Of a stretch of DNA of 64,000 nucleotides, positions 38,660-52,477 are shown piece by piece. The notes below the pieces were generated by a model. It saw only the letters and a program-made list of their open reading frames with translations. It was not told the DNA's origin and ran no database searches. Position 1 is the first letter of the stretch; every line of letters starts with the position of its first letter. The position numbers and the translations under genes were made by a program. The DNA is from Malacoraja senta (lineage: Eukaryota). The DNA lies in the NCBI GenBank assembly GCA_038087875.1, contig CM075987.1:16680001-16744000 (forward strand), in the 5' to 3' direction.

Positions 38660-39873
38660 CAGGGCCGGCCTTAAGCCAATTGGACCAATTGCTCCCAATT
38701 GGGCCCCACGCCTAAGGGGGCCCCGAGCTAGAGTAATCTACTCTCGGCTCGGGTAGATCTACCCCGGGTGGAGGGGGGAGAGAGAGTAGAGGGGTGGAGA
38801 GAGAGTAGAGGGGTGGAGAGAGTAGAGGGGTGGAGGGGGAAGAAAGGGGTAGATGGGGAGGGGGGTGTGAAGGGGAATGGAGAATGGGGAGAGGGGGAGG
38901 TGGGTCGTTCCCTCACAGTCCCGGGGCAGCACTCCCGCCCCTCCAGTCGCCGTGCTTCACGCACACAGCCCCGGCTCCACCACTCTCTCTCCCCGGGGAG
39001 ACGCGGTGAACAATACAGGGTGGGCAGGGCCGGGGGTTGGAGCAACGTTTACAAACCTCAGCCTCAGCTCACACCCCCGTCCACCCGGACCCCGGCTCTC
39101 CTTCCTCCTTCCTCTCTCTGTTCCCTTCTCTCCTTCCCTCCCTCCCTTCTTTCTCTCCTTCCCTCCCTCCCTTCTCTCCTTCCTCCATTCTCTCCCTCCC
39201 TTCTCTCCTTCCCTCCCACACACACACACACACACAAAGCACAGGCAACTAACACACACACAACTAACACACACACACACACACAACTAACTTAGGATGG
39301 GGCTGAAGCCCAAAATTTAATGCCTGGACTAGTTTTTCGCCAATGGTTATTGGTTTTCCAGGATCTAGTTAATTAAATTACTTTTTTTTTCATTTCACAG
39401 TCACTAAAACAAGTGGTATTGTAACTGTACTTTTCAGAGATGATCTACACATTTTGTTTAAGAAGGAACAGCAGATGCTGGAAAATCGAAGGTAGACAAA
39501 AATACTGGAGAAACTCAGCGGGTGAGGCAGCATCTATGGAGCGAAGGAACGTTGCCCATTTCCTTCGCTCCATAGATGCTGCCTCACCCGCTGAGTTTCT
39601 CCAGCATTTTTGTCTACCTACACATTTTGTTTGTTACTTGTAGACTTACGTGTATGCAATGTTATATTAAAATGTAGCTTAGAGCTGTTTGGTCCATTAA
39701 CTCGCAGGCATTTTTTAAGCGCACATTTTGATTACTTTCCATTTTACCATAGAGATATAAAGTCTATAATAGACTTTATTTATATTTCGATGATTCTACA
39801 GACCTTGGCTGGGAACCTGGGGCTCACCAAAATTTTTCCCAATTGGGCCCCGCACCTCCTAAGGCCGGCCCTG
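38660..39873. mobile_element. Non-autonomous hAT-type DNA transposon
   Basis: 14-bp TIR CAGGGCCGGCCTTA / TAAGGCCGGCCCTG; 8-bp TSD GGTGGAGT / GGTTGAGT (1 mismatch); subterminal AATTGGGCCCC repeats. Confidence 0.85.
39460..39617. mobile_element. Fold-back PLE-derived unit nested in the hAT element, 15-bp TSD
   Basis: CTACACATTTTGTTT duplicated at 39445-39459 and 39618-39632; inverted arms. Confidence 0.85.
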
Positions 39874-39943
39874 GGTTGAGTTGCAGGTCAGCTGTTCTCC
39901 AAACTGGGGAAAAATAATGGATGATATTTTAATGTGGTTGCAG

Positions 39944-40071
39944 GTTGTGGATCGAAAGCTGAACAAAGCCGTGGTCTTCGAAGATGATGTGAGGTTTGAG
40001 GGCCACTTTAAGAGGAAGCTGACAAGACTCCTGAGTGACATTGAGGATGTCGCTTTAGAATGGGACCTCAT
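39944..40071 (+). CDS. CERCAM: CERCAM-like coding exon 10 (128 nt), contains FEDD motif
   Basis: Encodes VVDRKLNKAVVFEDDVRFEGHFKRKLTRLLSDIEDVALEWDL; boundaries ttgcag| and AT|gtaagt. Confidence 0.95.
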
Positions 40072-41099
40072 GTAAGTGCACGTTAAACTTGTATCTGTAA
40101 ACATATGAAGCAGGTATGCAGGTTTGACCTCAATGCCCTGGGAATATTGCCTGGTTTTCTGCCTCTCCAGATCTCTGGATGGTTGAGCAGTTTACGCTGC
40201 TGCGATCGTATAGCTACCTCAGCCTGTACAACAGGGTTTTAAACCAGGTCTTTAACTTTCTATTCATTCGCACAATGTGGGGATCACAATATCCCTCAAA
40301 GCCCATGAAATGCTGCCTATGTCATCCAGGCCAGACCAAAAACAAGGACAAATTTCCTTTCCTAAAGGTTCAGTGAACTAAATAGACATGTAATCACAAT
40401 CAGATGCTATTACTGACATAAGCTTTCTACTTCCAAATTTAGTTTAATTGAAATTACACAATTATCATGATGTAATTATAACTATATCAATAGTCGAGGC
40501 CTTGGGTATGAGTTTGAGTTGAGTTTATTGTCACGTGTACTGAGGTACAGTGAAAAGCTTTCGTTGCGTGCTAACCAGTCAGCGGAAAGAGAATACAAGA
40601 TTACAACCGAGCCACCCATACTGTAGATACATGATACTCAAGTGACACAGCTGGTAAAGCTGTTTCCTCACTGTGTCAGACCCCGGTGCGATCCTGACCT
40701 CGAGTGCTGTCCGTGTAAAGCTTACTCCGGTTTCCTCCTGCATTCCAAAGACGTGGGGTTTGTAGGTTAATTGGCCTCATCAAATTGCACCGTGTGTGCA
40801 GGGAGTGGGTTAACACAAGACTAGCGTGAAAGGATGGTCAGCATAGACTTGGTGGACTGAAAGGCCTGTTTCCATGCTGTATCCCTAAACTAAACTAAAC
40901 CCCAACAATTTAACACTGTGCTATCAGAGCCCATCATTGTCCAAATGCTTATAGATTAGCTGTCTTTCTCTCCCTGCAAGTGGGCACGTATTTATCACTC
41001 CTCATTTTCCTCCCTTTGTCTCAGTTCCCTTTTCATCCCATCTCCCTCTCAAATCCACTAAGGGAGGTAATTATTGTGAAAGCCTGCACTGCTTAGCAG

Positions 41100-43336
41100 G
41101 GCAACGGTTCTGAACTTAAAGAAAGGTAACTTTGAGGGTATGAGACGTGAATTGGCCAAGATTGACTGGCAATTAGTTCTAAAAGGGTTGACGGTGGATA
41201 TGCAATGGAAGGCATTTAAAGACTGCATGGATGAACTACAAAAATTGTTCATCCCAGTTTGGCAAAAGAATAAATCAGGGAAGGTAGTGCATCCGTGGAT
41301 AACAAGGGAAATCAGGGATAGTATCAAAGCAAAAGATGATGCGTACAAATTAGCCAGAAAAAGCAGCATACCAGAGGACTGGGAGAAATTCGGAGACCAG
41401 CAGAGGAGGACAAAGGGCTTAATTAGGAAAGGGAAAATAGATTATGAAAAGAAACTGGCAGGGAACATAAAAACTGACTGCAAAAGTTTTTATAGATATG
41501 TGAAGAGAAAGAGATTAGTTAAAACAAATGTAGGTCCCTTGCAGTCAGAAACAGGTGAATTGATCATGGGGAACAAGGATATGGTGGACCAATTGAATAA
41601 CTACTTTGGTTCCGTCTTCACTAAGGAAGACATAAATAATCTGCCGGAAATAGCAGGGGGCCGCGGGTCAAAGGAGATGGAGGAACTGAGTGAAATCCAG
41701 GTTAGTCGGGAAGTGGTGTTGGGTAAATCGAATGGATTAAAGGCCGATAAATCACCAGGGCCAGATAGGCTGCATCCCAGAGTACTTAAGGAAGTAGCTC
41801 CAGAAATAGTGGATGCATTAGTGATAATTTTTCAAAACTCTTTAGATTCTGGAGTAGTTCCTGAGGATTGGAGGGTAGCAAACGTAACCCCACTTTTTAA
41901 GAAGGGAGGGAGAGAGAAAACGGGGAATTACAGACCAGTTAGTCTAACATCGGTAGTGGGGAAATTGCTAGAGTCAGTTATTAAAGATGGGATAGCAGCA
42001 CATTTGGAAAGTGGTGAAATCATTGGACAAAATCAGCATGGATTTACGAAAGGTAAATCGTGTCTGACGAATCTTATAGAATTTTTCGAGGATGTAACTA
42101 GTAGAGTGGATAGGGGAGAACCAGTGGATGTGTTGTATCTGGACTTTCAGAAGGCTTTCGACAAGGTACCACATAAGAGATTAGGATACAAACTTAAATC
42201 ACACGGTATTGGGGGTTCAGTATTGATGTGGATAGAGAACTGGCTGGCAAACAGGAAGCAAAGAGTAGGAGTAAACGGGTCCTTTTCACAATGGCAGGCA
42301 GTGACTAGTGGGGTACCGCAAGGCTCAGTGCTGGGACCCCAGCTATTTACAATTTATATTAATGATCTGGACGAGGGAATTGAAAGCAACATCTCCAAGT
42401 TTGCGGATGACACTAAGCTGGGGGGCAGTGTTAGCTGTGAGGAGGATGCTAGGAGACTGCAAGGTGACTTGGATAGGCTGGGTGAGTGGGCAAATATTTG
42501 GCAGATGCAGTATAATGTGGATAAATGTGAGGTTATCCACTTTGGTGGCAAAAACAGGAAGGCAGACTATTATCTAAATGGTGGCCGATTAGGAAATGGG
42601 GAGATGCAGCGAGACCTGGGTGTCATGGTACACCAGTCATCGAAAGTAGGCATGCAGGTGCAGCAGGCAGTGAAGAAAGCGAATGGAATGTTGGCCTTCA
42701 TAGCAAGAGGATTTGAGTATGGGAGCAGGGAGGTTCTACTGCAGTTGTACAGGGTCTTGGTGAGACCACACCTGGAGTATTGCGTACAGTTTTGGTCTCC
42801 AAATCTGAGGAAGGACATTATAGCCATAGAGGGAGTGCAGAGAAGGTTCACCAGACTGATTCCTGGGATGTCAGGACTTTCATATGAAGAAAGACTGGAT
42901 AGACTTGGCTTATACTCGCTAGAATTTAGGAGATTGAGAGGGGATCTTATAGAAACGTACAAAATTCTTATGGGATTGGACAGGCTAGATGCAGGAAGAT
43001 TGTTCCCGATGTTGGGGAAGTCCAGGACAAGGGGCACAGCTTAAGAATAAGGGGGAAATCCTTTAAGACCGAGATGAGGAAAAACTTTTTCACACAGAGA
43101 GTGGTGAATCTCTGGAACTCTCTGCCACAGAGGGTAGTTGAGGCCAGTTCATTGGCTATATTTAAGAGGGAGTTAGATGTGGCCCTTGTGGCTAAAGAGA
43201 TCTGGGGGAAGGAAAGAAGGCAGGTACGGGATACTGAGTTGGATGATCAGCCATGATCATATTGAATGGCGGTGCAGGCTCGAAGGGCCGAATGGCCTAC
43301 TCCTGCACCTATTTTCTATGTATCTATGTATCTATG
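41100..43336 (+). mobile_element. 5'-truncated CR1/HER1-type LINE with an open 634-aa reverse-transcriptase ORF (41140-43044)
   Basis: Motifs KSPGPD, NYRPVSLTS, QHGF, YLDFQKAFDKV, GVPQGSVLGP and KFADD. The APE endonuclease is missing. A 1-nt deletion near 43034 frameshifts the C-terminus. (TATCTATG)n tail. Confidence 0.97.
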
Positions 43337-43705
43337 GAATGTTGTCACTTGATGTGCCATTCCAGGAAGTACCAGGCCGTGTTTCTGGAGTGACCCAGTA
43401 ATGGGGGCTATTGGATTTCACTCCTTGAAGATCTTTTTTCAAACACATGGTCCTGAAATAAGCAGAACTTTGTAATTGAATCACTGGCCAGTATTTTTTT
43501 CCCCTCAGAGAACTGCTGTAAACATGGAAGGTAACAGCTCAGACATTTGCGATAACGATGGCAGGGATATCTCTCCAGGGTCTTTGAGACAAGTCATTCA
43601 ATTCAGCTGATGATATCCTGCTCTACGAATGGAGCAAGGATCTAATTCTCACTTTATACAGTACATACTGACCTCCGCATGGTCTAAACAGGGTATTGTT
43701 CCGTA

Positions 43706-43930
43706 CAGGACACAAAGTACTGGAGTAACTTAGCAGGTCAGGCAGCATCTCTGGAGAACATGGGCAGGTGACGTTGCGGGTTGAGACCCTTTTCAGACTG
43801 GTTGTGAAGAAGGGTCCGGGCTCGAAACATCACCTATCCACGTTTTCCAGAGATGCTGCCTGTCCTGCTGAGTTACTCCAGCACTTTGTGTCCAGTTTTT
43901 TAAACCAGCATCTGCAGTTCCTTGTGTCTA
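43706..43930. mobile_element. Fold-back PLE-derived unit
   Basis: Inverted arms meet at paired, degenerate hammerhead-like motifs (43768-43832). Confidence 0.8.
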
Positions 43931-44504
43931 CATTGTTCTATATCTCTGTTTAGTGTACCTTCTGAGATTAGACAGCAAAAGACAGCAAGGACTCTTGATG
44001 TAGCGAGGCATGTCAGCCCTTCACAATCCAGTCTCCCCCTGCTCCAATTAACAGATCCTTTCAATGAGTTTCACTGATAATTAGCAGCGACGTCGTCAAT
44101 TAGCATTTATACAGTACTTTTAATGCAATAACACGCTCCAAGACACTGCGCAAGGAACCCTTAAAAAATATTATCATTGAGCCATTTAAGAAAACAATGG
44201 GCCAGATTAAAGATATGTTTTATGGAGTCAATGTGGAAACTGGTCTTCCACCCACCTTATCCGTGCTGACCATTTTGCCCATCTATACTAATCACATTTA
44301 CGTGTCAGTCTGAACACATCTTTTATAGTGTTTGCCTTAATGAAGGGAGTAAATGGTGGAACAGTTTGAAGAAAGAAAGTCCGGAGCTGAGGGCCAAAGG
44401 CGTGTGAATGCACAGTGATAAATCAAACATGCACGAGGCAGGAATTATCCATTCGTGCTACAAACAGAACATATTAAGTCTTTGATGCCCTTAGTAATTG
44501 AATT

Positions 44505-44800
44505 GGAATGAATTGAAAGATACAACACAGAGGCAGGTTGCTCACCGAGCCCACGCCGACCATTGATCACCTGTACACACTACAATTACATGATCCCACT
44601 TTCTCAACCACTCCTTACACACTAGGGGCAATTTACAGAGGCCAATCCATCAACAAGCCCGCATGTCTTTGGGACATGGGAGGAAACCGGAGCACTCGGA
44701 GGAAATCCAGACGTTCACAGGGAATATGTGCAGATTTCACACAAACAGCACCCGAGGTCAGGATCGAACCCGGGTCTCTGGCAGTGTGAGGCAGCAGCTC
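44505..44800 (-). mobile_element. HE1-type V-SINE
   Basis: Reverse-complement consensus match. Confidence 0.8.
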
Positions 44801-44963
44801 AGGTCTTTTACCTCAGGAAATGGCTTCTCTCTGTACCCGCTCTGGACCACGATAGTTTGCGAATCACAAAACCCTGCATTATGAGAGAATCTTTATTTTA
44901 AAAGTGGGCACTTGGTTACAGTCAAGTATTAAGTTTAACAAATGCAACCTTTCATTTTTCCAG

Positions 44964-45167
44964 CTACCTTGGTCGTAAACTGGTCAATCCCAGCCAGGAG
45001 GAGGCCATTCCAGGTATCCGTAACTTAGTAGTGGCCGAGTATTCATACTGGACGCTGGCCTACGCCATCTCACTGCAGGGGGCCGAGAAACTGGTCAACT
45101 CTCAGCCACTGACAAAGATGCTGCCTGTGGATGAATTCCTCCCTATAATGTATGACAAGCACATCAA
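44964..45167 (+). CDS. CERCAM: CERCAM-like coding exon 11 (204 nt)
   Basis: Encodes [67 protein letters not shown]. YLGRKxVNP, with its one-residue-shorter loop, is CERCAM-type. Donor AA|gtgagt. Confidence 0.95.
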
Positions 45168-48100
45168 GTGAGTCCTCCTTAATTAATTGGAAAGCATTCT
45201 GACTGGTTTAACAGAACCAAATGGCATTTAAGAGGTTTTTAGATGGGCACATGGATATGGCGGGTATGGATCAGTGGGGATTAATTTAACTTGGCATCAT
45301 GTTTGACACGGGCATGAAGGGCCCAACCACCTGTCCTACACTAAAGGTCACGAAGTGTTGGAATAACTCAGCAGGTCATGCAGCAAAGGTAGACACAAAA
45401 AGCTGGAGTATCTCAGCGGGTCAGGCATCACCTCTGAAGAAAAGAAATAGGTGATGTTTTCATTTGAGATCCTTCTCAAGTTCAAGTTGAAGTGACATTT
45501 ATGGTACAGTGAGATTGGAATTACCATACAGCCATACGAATAAAAAGAACACAATACACGATAGAATTGAACACGAACATCCCCACACAGCAGGATCAAC
45601 GTTTCCCACTGTGAGGGAAGGCAATAAAGTTCAGTCGTCTTCCTTTTCTTCAGAGTGGGAGTCAGGGAAGAGGGAAACTAGAGGTGTGATAAAGCTGGAG
45701 TAACTTAGCGGATCATGCAGCATCTCTGGAGAACATGGATCGGGATGTTTCAGGTCGAGACATTTCTTCAGGCTGATTGGAGAGGGGGGAGAAGAAAGCT
45801 TCCACTACGATTAATAATCCACAACCACCCGAAGCCTAACCATGTTCTCCAGAGATGCTGCCTGACCTGCTGAGTTACTCCAGCACTTTGTGTCCTTTTG
45901 GGTATTAACCAGCATCTGCAATTCTATGTTTCTGCACCTGTTCCTGTGTTGTACAGTTCTATTTTCTAAGTCTTACAGGTTTTTTTTGTTCATGGAAATG
46001 AATGCGACACATTCTTCTGGGTAAGTCCATGTTATTTTTTGCTAAAATTGTGTATTCAAGGGTGCCTGACTGATGTTTTCCAGCTGAATTCAATGAACAC
46101 CAATTGACATAAATCACCATTAACAGAAACACTATCAGATTGGTTTTAAAGGCTTAATATTAGAGAAAGGATTTATTGAATGAGTGTTTTGAGGCCTTGG
46201 GCAAGCTTATGTTGGGACATGCTGTGAGGAATCTTGATGTCAACACCAAGAATGCCCAGGGGCAAGAAACAACCTGATGCATGTTAGGAATTTGTGTAGA
46301 AAGTACACAGATGCTCCTGAATAAGAGGTACAAAAAAGGTTGAGCAAGTAGAAAGGTGAAAGTGAGGGTAGCATTGGGCAATTGGATAGTAAACTTCCTT
46401 TGGCATCCCACACAAATGTACTGGTATAAAGGCATGGGCATGGGCATGGACTTGGCCTTGCAAGGGCGTGGGCCCGAGCCACTGGCGTTGACTACGCTGT
46501 CAAGAACAAATCGGTTCGTAGAACAGGTCAGAGTTCCTGTGGGCCGAGGTGGATGGGCGAAGAGCGAAGGGGACCCGGCGTGTGGGGGCCGCCGAGAACA
46601 AAGGGGGAACCCGGCGTAGGGGGGGGGGGGGGGGGGGCTGCCGCCAAGAACTAGAGAGACCGGTGGTGGGTGGGGAATGAAGAAGGGACCAGCAATATTT
46701 AAGGGTGCTTTGTAACTTTGTCGGCGGCACTTTGTGGCGATTCTTTTGTGTACTGCGTCTATCTGCTGTCTATCTATTAATGTGCAGAAATACAAAGATG
46801 AGATCTACCTATCTGGCTGGAAGCTTGCTCACCCTTATGACAGAACAGACAGACAGTCAACGTGTCTCCACTCAATGATAGCTGCCTGCTGAGTGTTGCC
46901 AACACCTTATGTTTCTAGTTCAGGATCAGCCAAATGATCTGCAATGGTCTTGTTCCTTTCTCTCTCTTGAAATGTGTGAGCTGTTAAACAAGGCAGCGGA
47001 ACGCCAGGGAGATATGTAGAGGGAAAGGAATGTGAAGTAACCACAGCCATCATAACCAGCGTTCCAGAGAACAGCTGGAACTGCTTGAACTGATGCAATA
47101 AATTACAGCGTGTTTATAGAATGCGGGAATACATCAGTGAAAGAATATTCCTCGTGTTCTCCTGCTTCCTTCTCCACGTGACCAAGTCTCTGTCAATAGC
47201 TGTCACCTCGCCTTGGAGTGGGAATGCGGCCAAAATCTTGAACAGTAACATATGAAGCAGTTATCATCAAGTTATGTAAAGGAAAAATAAGATGTAGGTT
47301 ATGACAAGACCGTGCTTCAAGCATATCGACAGGAAGATGACTCCATTGGAATGAGCTTTCTCTCCTGCCAATTATACCTTCCATGAGGACTGTGTTTTTT
47401 CCAACACAGTTTAGTGTCTCTGCACTCTCTGCATGTTAAAAATATTCTTAACGGCCCAGAAATCAGCAGCATTTTCTGGATTATCCAGTGGAGAGGATGT
47501 TTCCACTAGTGGGAGAGTCTAGGATCAGAGGCCATAGCCTCAGAATAAAAGGACAGATCTTTAGAAAGGAAGAATTTTTTTTAGTGAGTGGGTGGTGAAT
47601 TTGTGGAATTCATTGCCACAGAAGGCTGTGGAGGCCAAGTCAATTAATATTTTTAAGGTGGAGATTGACAGGTTCTTGATTAGTACGGGTGTCAGGGGTT
47701 ATGGGGATAAGGCAGGAGAATGGGGTTGAGAGGGAAATACAGATCAGCCATGATTGAATGGTGGTGTATACTTGATGGGCCAAATGGCCTAATTCTGCTC
47801 CTATGACATGAATTTATGAGTTTGTTCCCTCAGGATTGAGAGCTGGAACTGTGGACGTGGCCTCAGAATAAAGGGTCTAATAGTTTGGACAGAAATAAGA
47901 ATGCCTTTTGTCACTGCGGCGCGTGAGTCTTTTGAATTCTCTACCTCCAGCCTGTCGTTGAGTATATTCAAACCTGAGAACGATCAGCTTATTACAACAG
48001 TAACGGATTAAGGCAATTTGAGTATTGGGCTGATACTGAACGGCTGATCATACGCAAGGAATGTATTGGTTTGTTAATTATTGTCACGTGTACTGAGGCT

Positions 48101-49615
48101 CAGTGAAAAGCTTTGCTTTGCTTCTACCCAAACAGATCTGATGTGCCATACATAAATACAATCAAGACAAATTCAAGTGGTTGTGAGGGTTATGGGGAGA
48201 AGGCAGGAGAATGGGGTTGAGAGGGGAAGATAGCTCAGCCATGATTGAATGGCAAAGTAGACTTGATGGGTTGAATGGCCTAATGCTGCTCCTATAACTT
48301 CTGAACTGATGAAGTACAATAGATAGAGCAAAGGGGAAGATGCAGAGTGCAGAATGTAGCACGACAGTTTTATAAACAAGTTCCAATGTTCACAGTGGGG
48401 GAAGAGGTGAATCAGACAGTACCCTAGCTCATGGAAGGGTCATTCAGAAGCCTCATAAAAGAGAGGAAGAAGCTGTTCCTCAGTCTGTTGGTGCGCGCTT
48501 TCAAGCTTCAAGCAACAGTATTGTCTACCGTTTCCATATTTTTGTCCAGTATTGAAAAACATTCCATAACTTAGCCATCCCAAACTTGTTTGCAAGGGAA
48601 TAAACATGCTGGAGCTTGTCCTACCTGAGGGCATACATTGGAGCTTCTGTGACACATCTGATGGAAATCTTTCTTGAGCTGTTTATTTTCACATATAATG
48701 GAGCTCTAAACCTGTGACAACCTTGTGAAAGTTCAATGCCTTCAACATACCTTATGTGTTATAGTATTGCTTGCAGCAAATCGCACCAAACTATATTCAC
48801 TTAATGAATGAGCAAAACATAAAATGCCGGAGGAACTCAGTAGGTCAGGCAGCATCTGAGGAGGGAATGGACAGACACTGTTTTGGGTCAGGACCCTTCT
48901 TCGGACACCATATGTTAGACTGGTACTTTGTTCCTCATTAGTCTGAAGAAGGGTCCCGACTTGAAACGTGCTCAGTCAGTTCTTGTTGCCCGGGCCACTG
49001 AGTTCCTCCAGCACTTTGTGTTTTGTTCACGACTCCAGCATCTGCAGTCGCTTGTGTCTCCATTTCACCGAATACAACACTGAAGGTGGTGGTCGTCTTA
49101 CATTGCTGACCAATATTTATTTATGAAGTGAAGTGTTTCCTACTTTTAAAAGCATCTTCGTGCAAAGTAATTATTTCCCACTGCATTCTCTGACAGCATT
49201 CCTATCGGCACCGACTTGCCAAAACGTAGTCTCGAGGGTTGTTCATGGATCATCCTCAAAACTCTTCACCTGTCATCGTACATGGGCCACATGTCGTGGG
49301 TCAATTGTACTATAGCTGTCCCTGAAAAGGCAAGAGCTAAATATACCTTGGCCCAGAGTCCTGAGCATTGTTCTTTGGCACTGGATGATGGTTTATAAAT
49401 AATTCCTCTCTGTAGCTCTTGGAGCGTGTGCAGTGTAACACAAGAGGATGACTGCTGAGTATTTTTACATGAAAATGACTTTACCCGCTGGCTGCCTGGG
49501 AAGTAGCATTTCATCCAGCACCTGTTTCAGTTCATCGTTCGAACTGACGCTGGCCATGAAATTGGCAGAGTGCTCCTTCGTGTGGGCAATCCGCTTGTTA
49601 GATGGGCTGTTTCTG

Positions 49616-50772
49616 GCAGACACAAGGGACTGCAGATGCTGGAATCTTGCGTAGAACACTAAGTGCTGTAGTAACTCAGCGGGTCTGGCAACATCTCTGG
49701 AAGACATGGATAGACAACATTTCTGGTCGGGACCCTTCTTCAGACTGATTGTAATAGGGGGCGAGAAAGCTGGAAAAGAGAGGTGGGGGGGGGGCGGCGA
49801 GACAAAGCCTGCCAAGTGATAGGTGGAAGCAGGTGAGGGGGGGGAGGGGGTGGATTTGAGGATGGGTGGACAGAGATGAAAAGGCGACTAAAGTAGACAA
49901 GGAGACAAAAGAATGCAAAATAAGGTGACTAATTATAGACTGGCGAGAAAGCTGGAAGAGAGGTCGGGGCAGGACAAAGCCAGGCAAGTGATAGGTGGAA
50001 GCGGGTGAGGAGGGTTTGATTGGGAGATGGTTGGACAAACGCCAAAGGCTGTGAGATAAGGAGATATGGAGGGAAGAGATGTGAAACATTGTCAAAGGTT
50101 GTAGGTGGAAGAGAACAGAGGAAGGGGGGAGAAGTGTGGGTTAAATGGCTGCGCATCCAGATAGGGCACAGAGTAGACAGTGGGGAAAGAAGGGGGGTGT
50201 TAGTTAGTTGCTTAAAATTGGAGAATTCATCCCCACCCCTTCCCTGTGCCCCACGTGGATGTGCACCCATTTCTCCAACACACCTACCCCCTTTCCCCTT
50301 CCCACATCCTCTTCCGCCTATGTCCCTTATCTTTTTTATAAAATATTTTTATTAGAAGCAAGCACATATCATAATAAAACCATTTCATGTATATCATTCG
50401 TACATTGTTAATATTATCAGTTGTGAATTGGTTCTGCTTCTAGATTTTTTTTATATAGATAGAGAGTGAGAGAGAAAGAAAAAAATGTCTGTCCCTTATC
50501 TGACCACATTTCACACCTTATCTCATGGCTTTTTGTCTTTTCATCTCTGGCCTTTATCTACCTAACCCCACTCACCTGTATCCACCTATCACTTGCCAGG
50601 TTTTGTCCCACCCCACCTCTTTTCCAGCTCACTCCCCCATACCACAATCAGCGTGAAGAAGGGTCCCGACCCAAAACGTCACCCATCTATGTTCTCCGGG
50701 GATGCTGCCTGACCCGCTGCGTTACGCCAGCACTGTGTCTTTTGTTGTAAACTAGCATCTGCAGTTCCTTGT
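49616..50772. mobile_element. Large inverted PLE pseudo-LTR arrangement
   Basis: A minus copy (to about 50230, ending EFSNFKQL) faces a plus copy. Hammerhead-like motifs lie near 49715-49743 (-) and 50654-50680 (+). Confidence 0.7.
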
Positions 50773-52477
50773 GTGGAAGAGAACCTGACATGACTACAGA
50801 AGCAGACATTGTTAAAAAATGTTCCATTTCCTTTCTTCAGTTTGAACCAAACTTGCTCAGTAAAATGGCCACAAATCTGATCACAGCATGGAGGAGCATT
50901 TTCCAGTGTTGGCATCTTTCAGTGTTTCGCATTGGTGAGATGATGTTGTGGATGTTTAAAGCAGTAATGTTTAATCATTGTTCAGCATTGGCGATCTCTT
51001 GCTGGTATTGAAGCTAGATCGGGGATGGTGCAGAATGGATTCTAATTGTCAATTTTGTCTACTGCTTGGCAGCATTACAGAATAGTTCACGTCTACAGAG
51101 AAACAGTGAAATGCTTGTTCTGCACGCTATCCAGTCAAAATCACAAAATCACAAAATCACAAAATCCCGAAACTTTGCCTATTTCCTTCGCTCCATAGAT
51201 GCTGCTGCACCCGCTGAGTTCCTCCAGCATTTTTGTGTACCTTCTGCAAAGTCCATTCTTGGCTCGAGTAGATATGCAGTTTCTTATATTCTCAGGTTAA
51301 TGCCCAGTGTTCTGGGGGCTCTGGATCAATGATGTATGGGTTAGCGTGGGCCAGCTTGGCGCTGTTGGATGCTTCCACTGCCGCTCAGTGCAGCTGCCGC
51401 AGTCTGCATTACCTTTTAAAGACAGAAATGTGACATCCAAGCACAACATGGCAGATTTGGGGGTCCTTTCCCCTTCAATCTCATTTCTGCATCAATTTCC
51501 CTTCCAAGCTGCACTTAACACAAGACAAAATGGACTAATGTTTAAGTTGGAAAGGGTGGAGAAGAGATTGATCAGGATGTTGACTGTGCTCACGGCTTTG
51601 AGTTGTAGGGGAGAGGTTGCACAGTCTGGGACAGTCAGCCTCTTTCCCGGGGCAGAGGATCCTAAAACTAGAGGGGATAGGCTTAAGGTGAGGGGGGAGA
51701 GATTTATGAGACAATTTTTGGAGCACCTTTTTCACTCGGTAAGTTGTCTGTATCTGGAATGAGCTGCCAGAGGAAGCTATAGACGAAGATACAATTATGA
51801 CTAAAAAAAACATTTGTTCAGGATAGGGAGGGATATGAGTCAAATGCAGCCAAATGAGGCGAGGTCAATATGCCAACTTGTCCAGCATGGACATAATGGG
51901 GTGAATGCTGCACAGCTCTGTAACTGCATCATGTTTCTATATTGGCATTTGTGAAGATGGTGAAAATCTATAAGATTTTTGCCATCTTTGCAATCTAAAT
52001 CTAACAAGAACGTAAGAGCATAAGAAAGAGTGTAAGCCATTCAACCTGCTCCACCATGCGACCAAGTCATGGATGATCTTATGCCTCAAATTCACTCTCA
52101 CAATTGATGCACATATACAGATTTCATTAGTATTCAGAATTCCCTCTGTCTCAGCCTTGGACATATTTAAAGGTGAAGCAGCCACAAACATTAGTGGGTG
52201 GATAATTCCTTCTACATCACGAGCTTTCTCCTTGGTTCATTAAGAAATGATCAGCCCCTAGTCCTGAGTCTGTGACCCTGATTCTGTACTGAGGTACAGC
52301 AAGAAGTTGGCTGTGAATCGTTAAGTCTCCAGGTGTATGGTGGAGATAAATGATGATAGAGGCACTGTCTCCTTGGCATCCGTCAGTGTGAGTGGATGCC
52401 CAACAAAGTGTGAGTGGAGGGACAACAAAACTCAGTGGAAGGGTTCGTAGTGAGATGTGACCTCAAGATAATCCTGA

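Noticed and set aside
38728..39295. Several 70-175 aa ORFs
   Set aside because: Low-complexity interior of the hAT element.
41140..43044. 634-aa ORF as a host or domesticated gene
   Set aside because: A 5'-truncated CR1 ORF2 with an intact LINE tail and near-identical siblings.
46160..46795. 211-aa minus-strand ORF
   Set aside because: Spans a poly-G-containing repeat fragment; no recognisable domain.
47193..47240. Minus-strand DFGR.. segment as a neuropeptide-like exon downstream of 49485
   Set aside because: No signal-peptide exon found, weak acceptor, and no match to a known peptide family.
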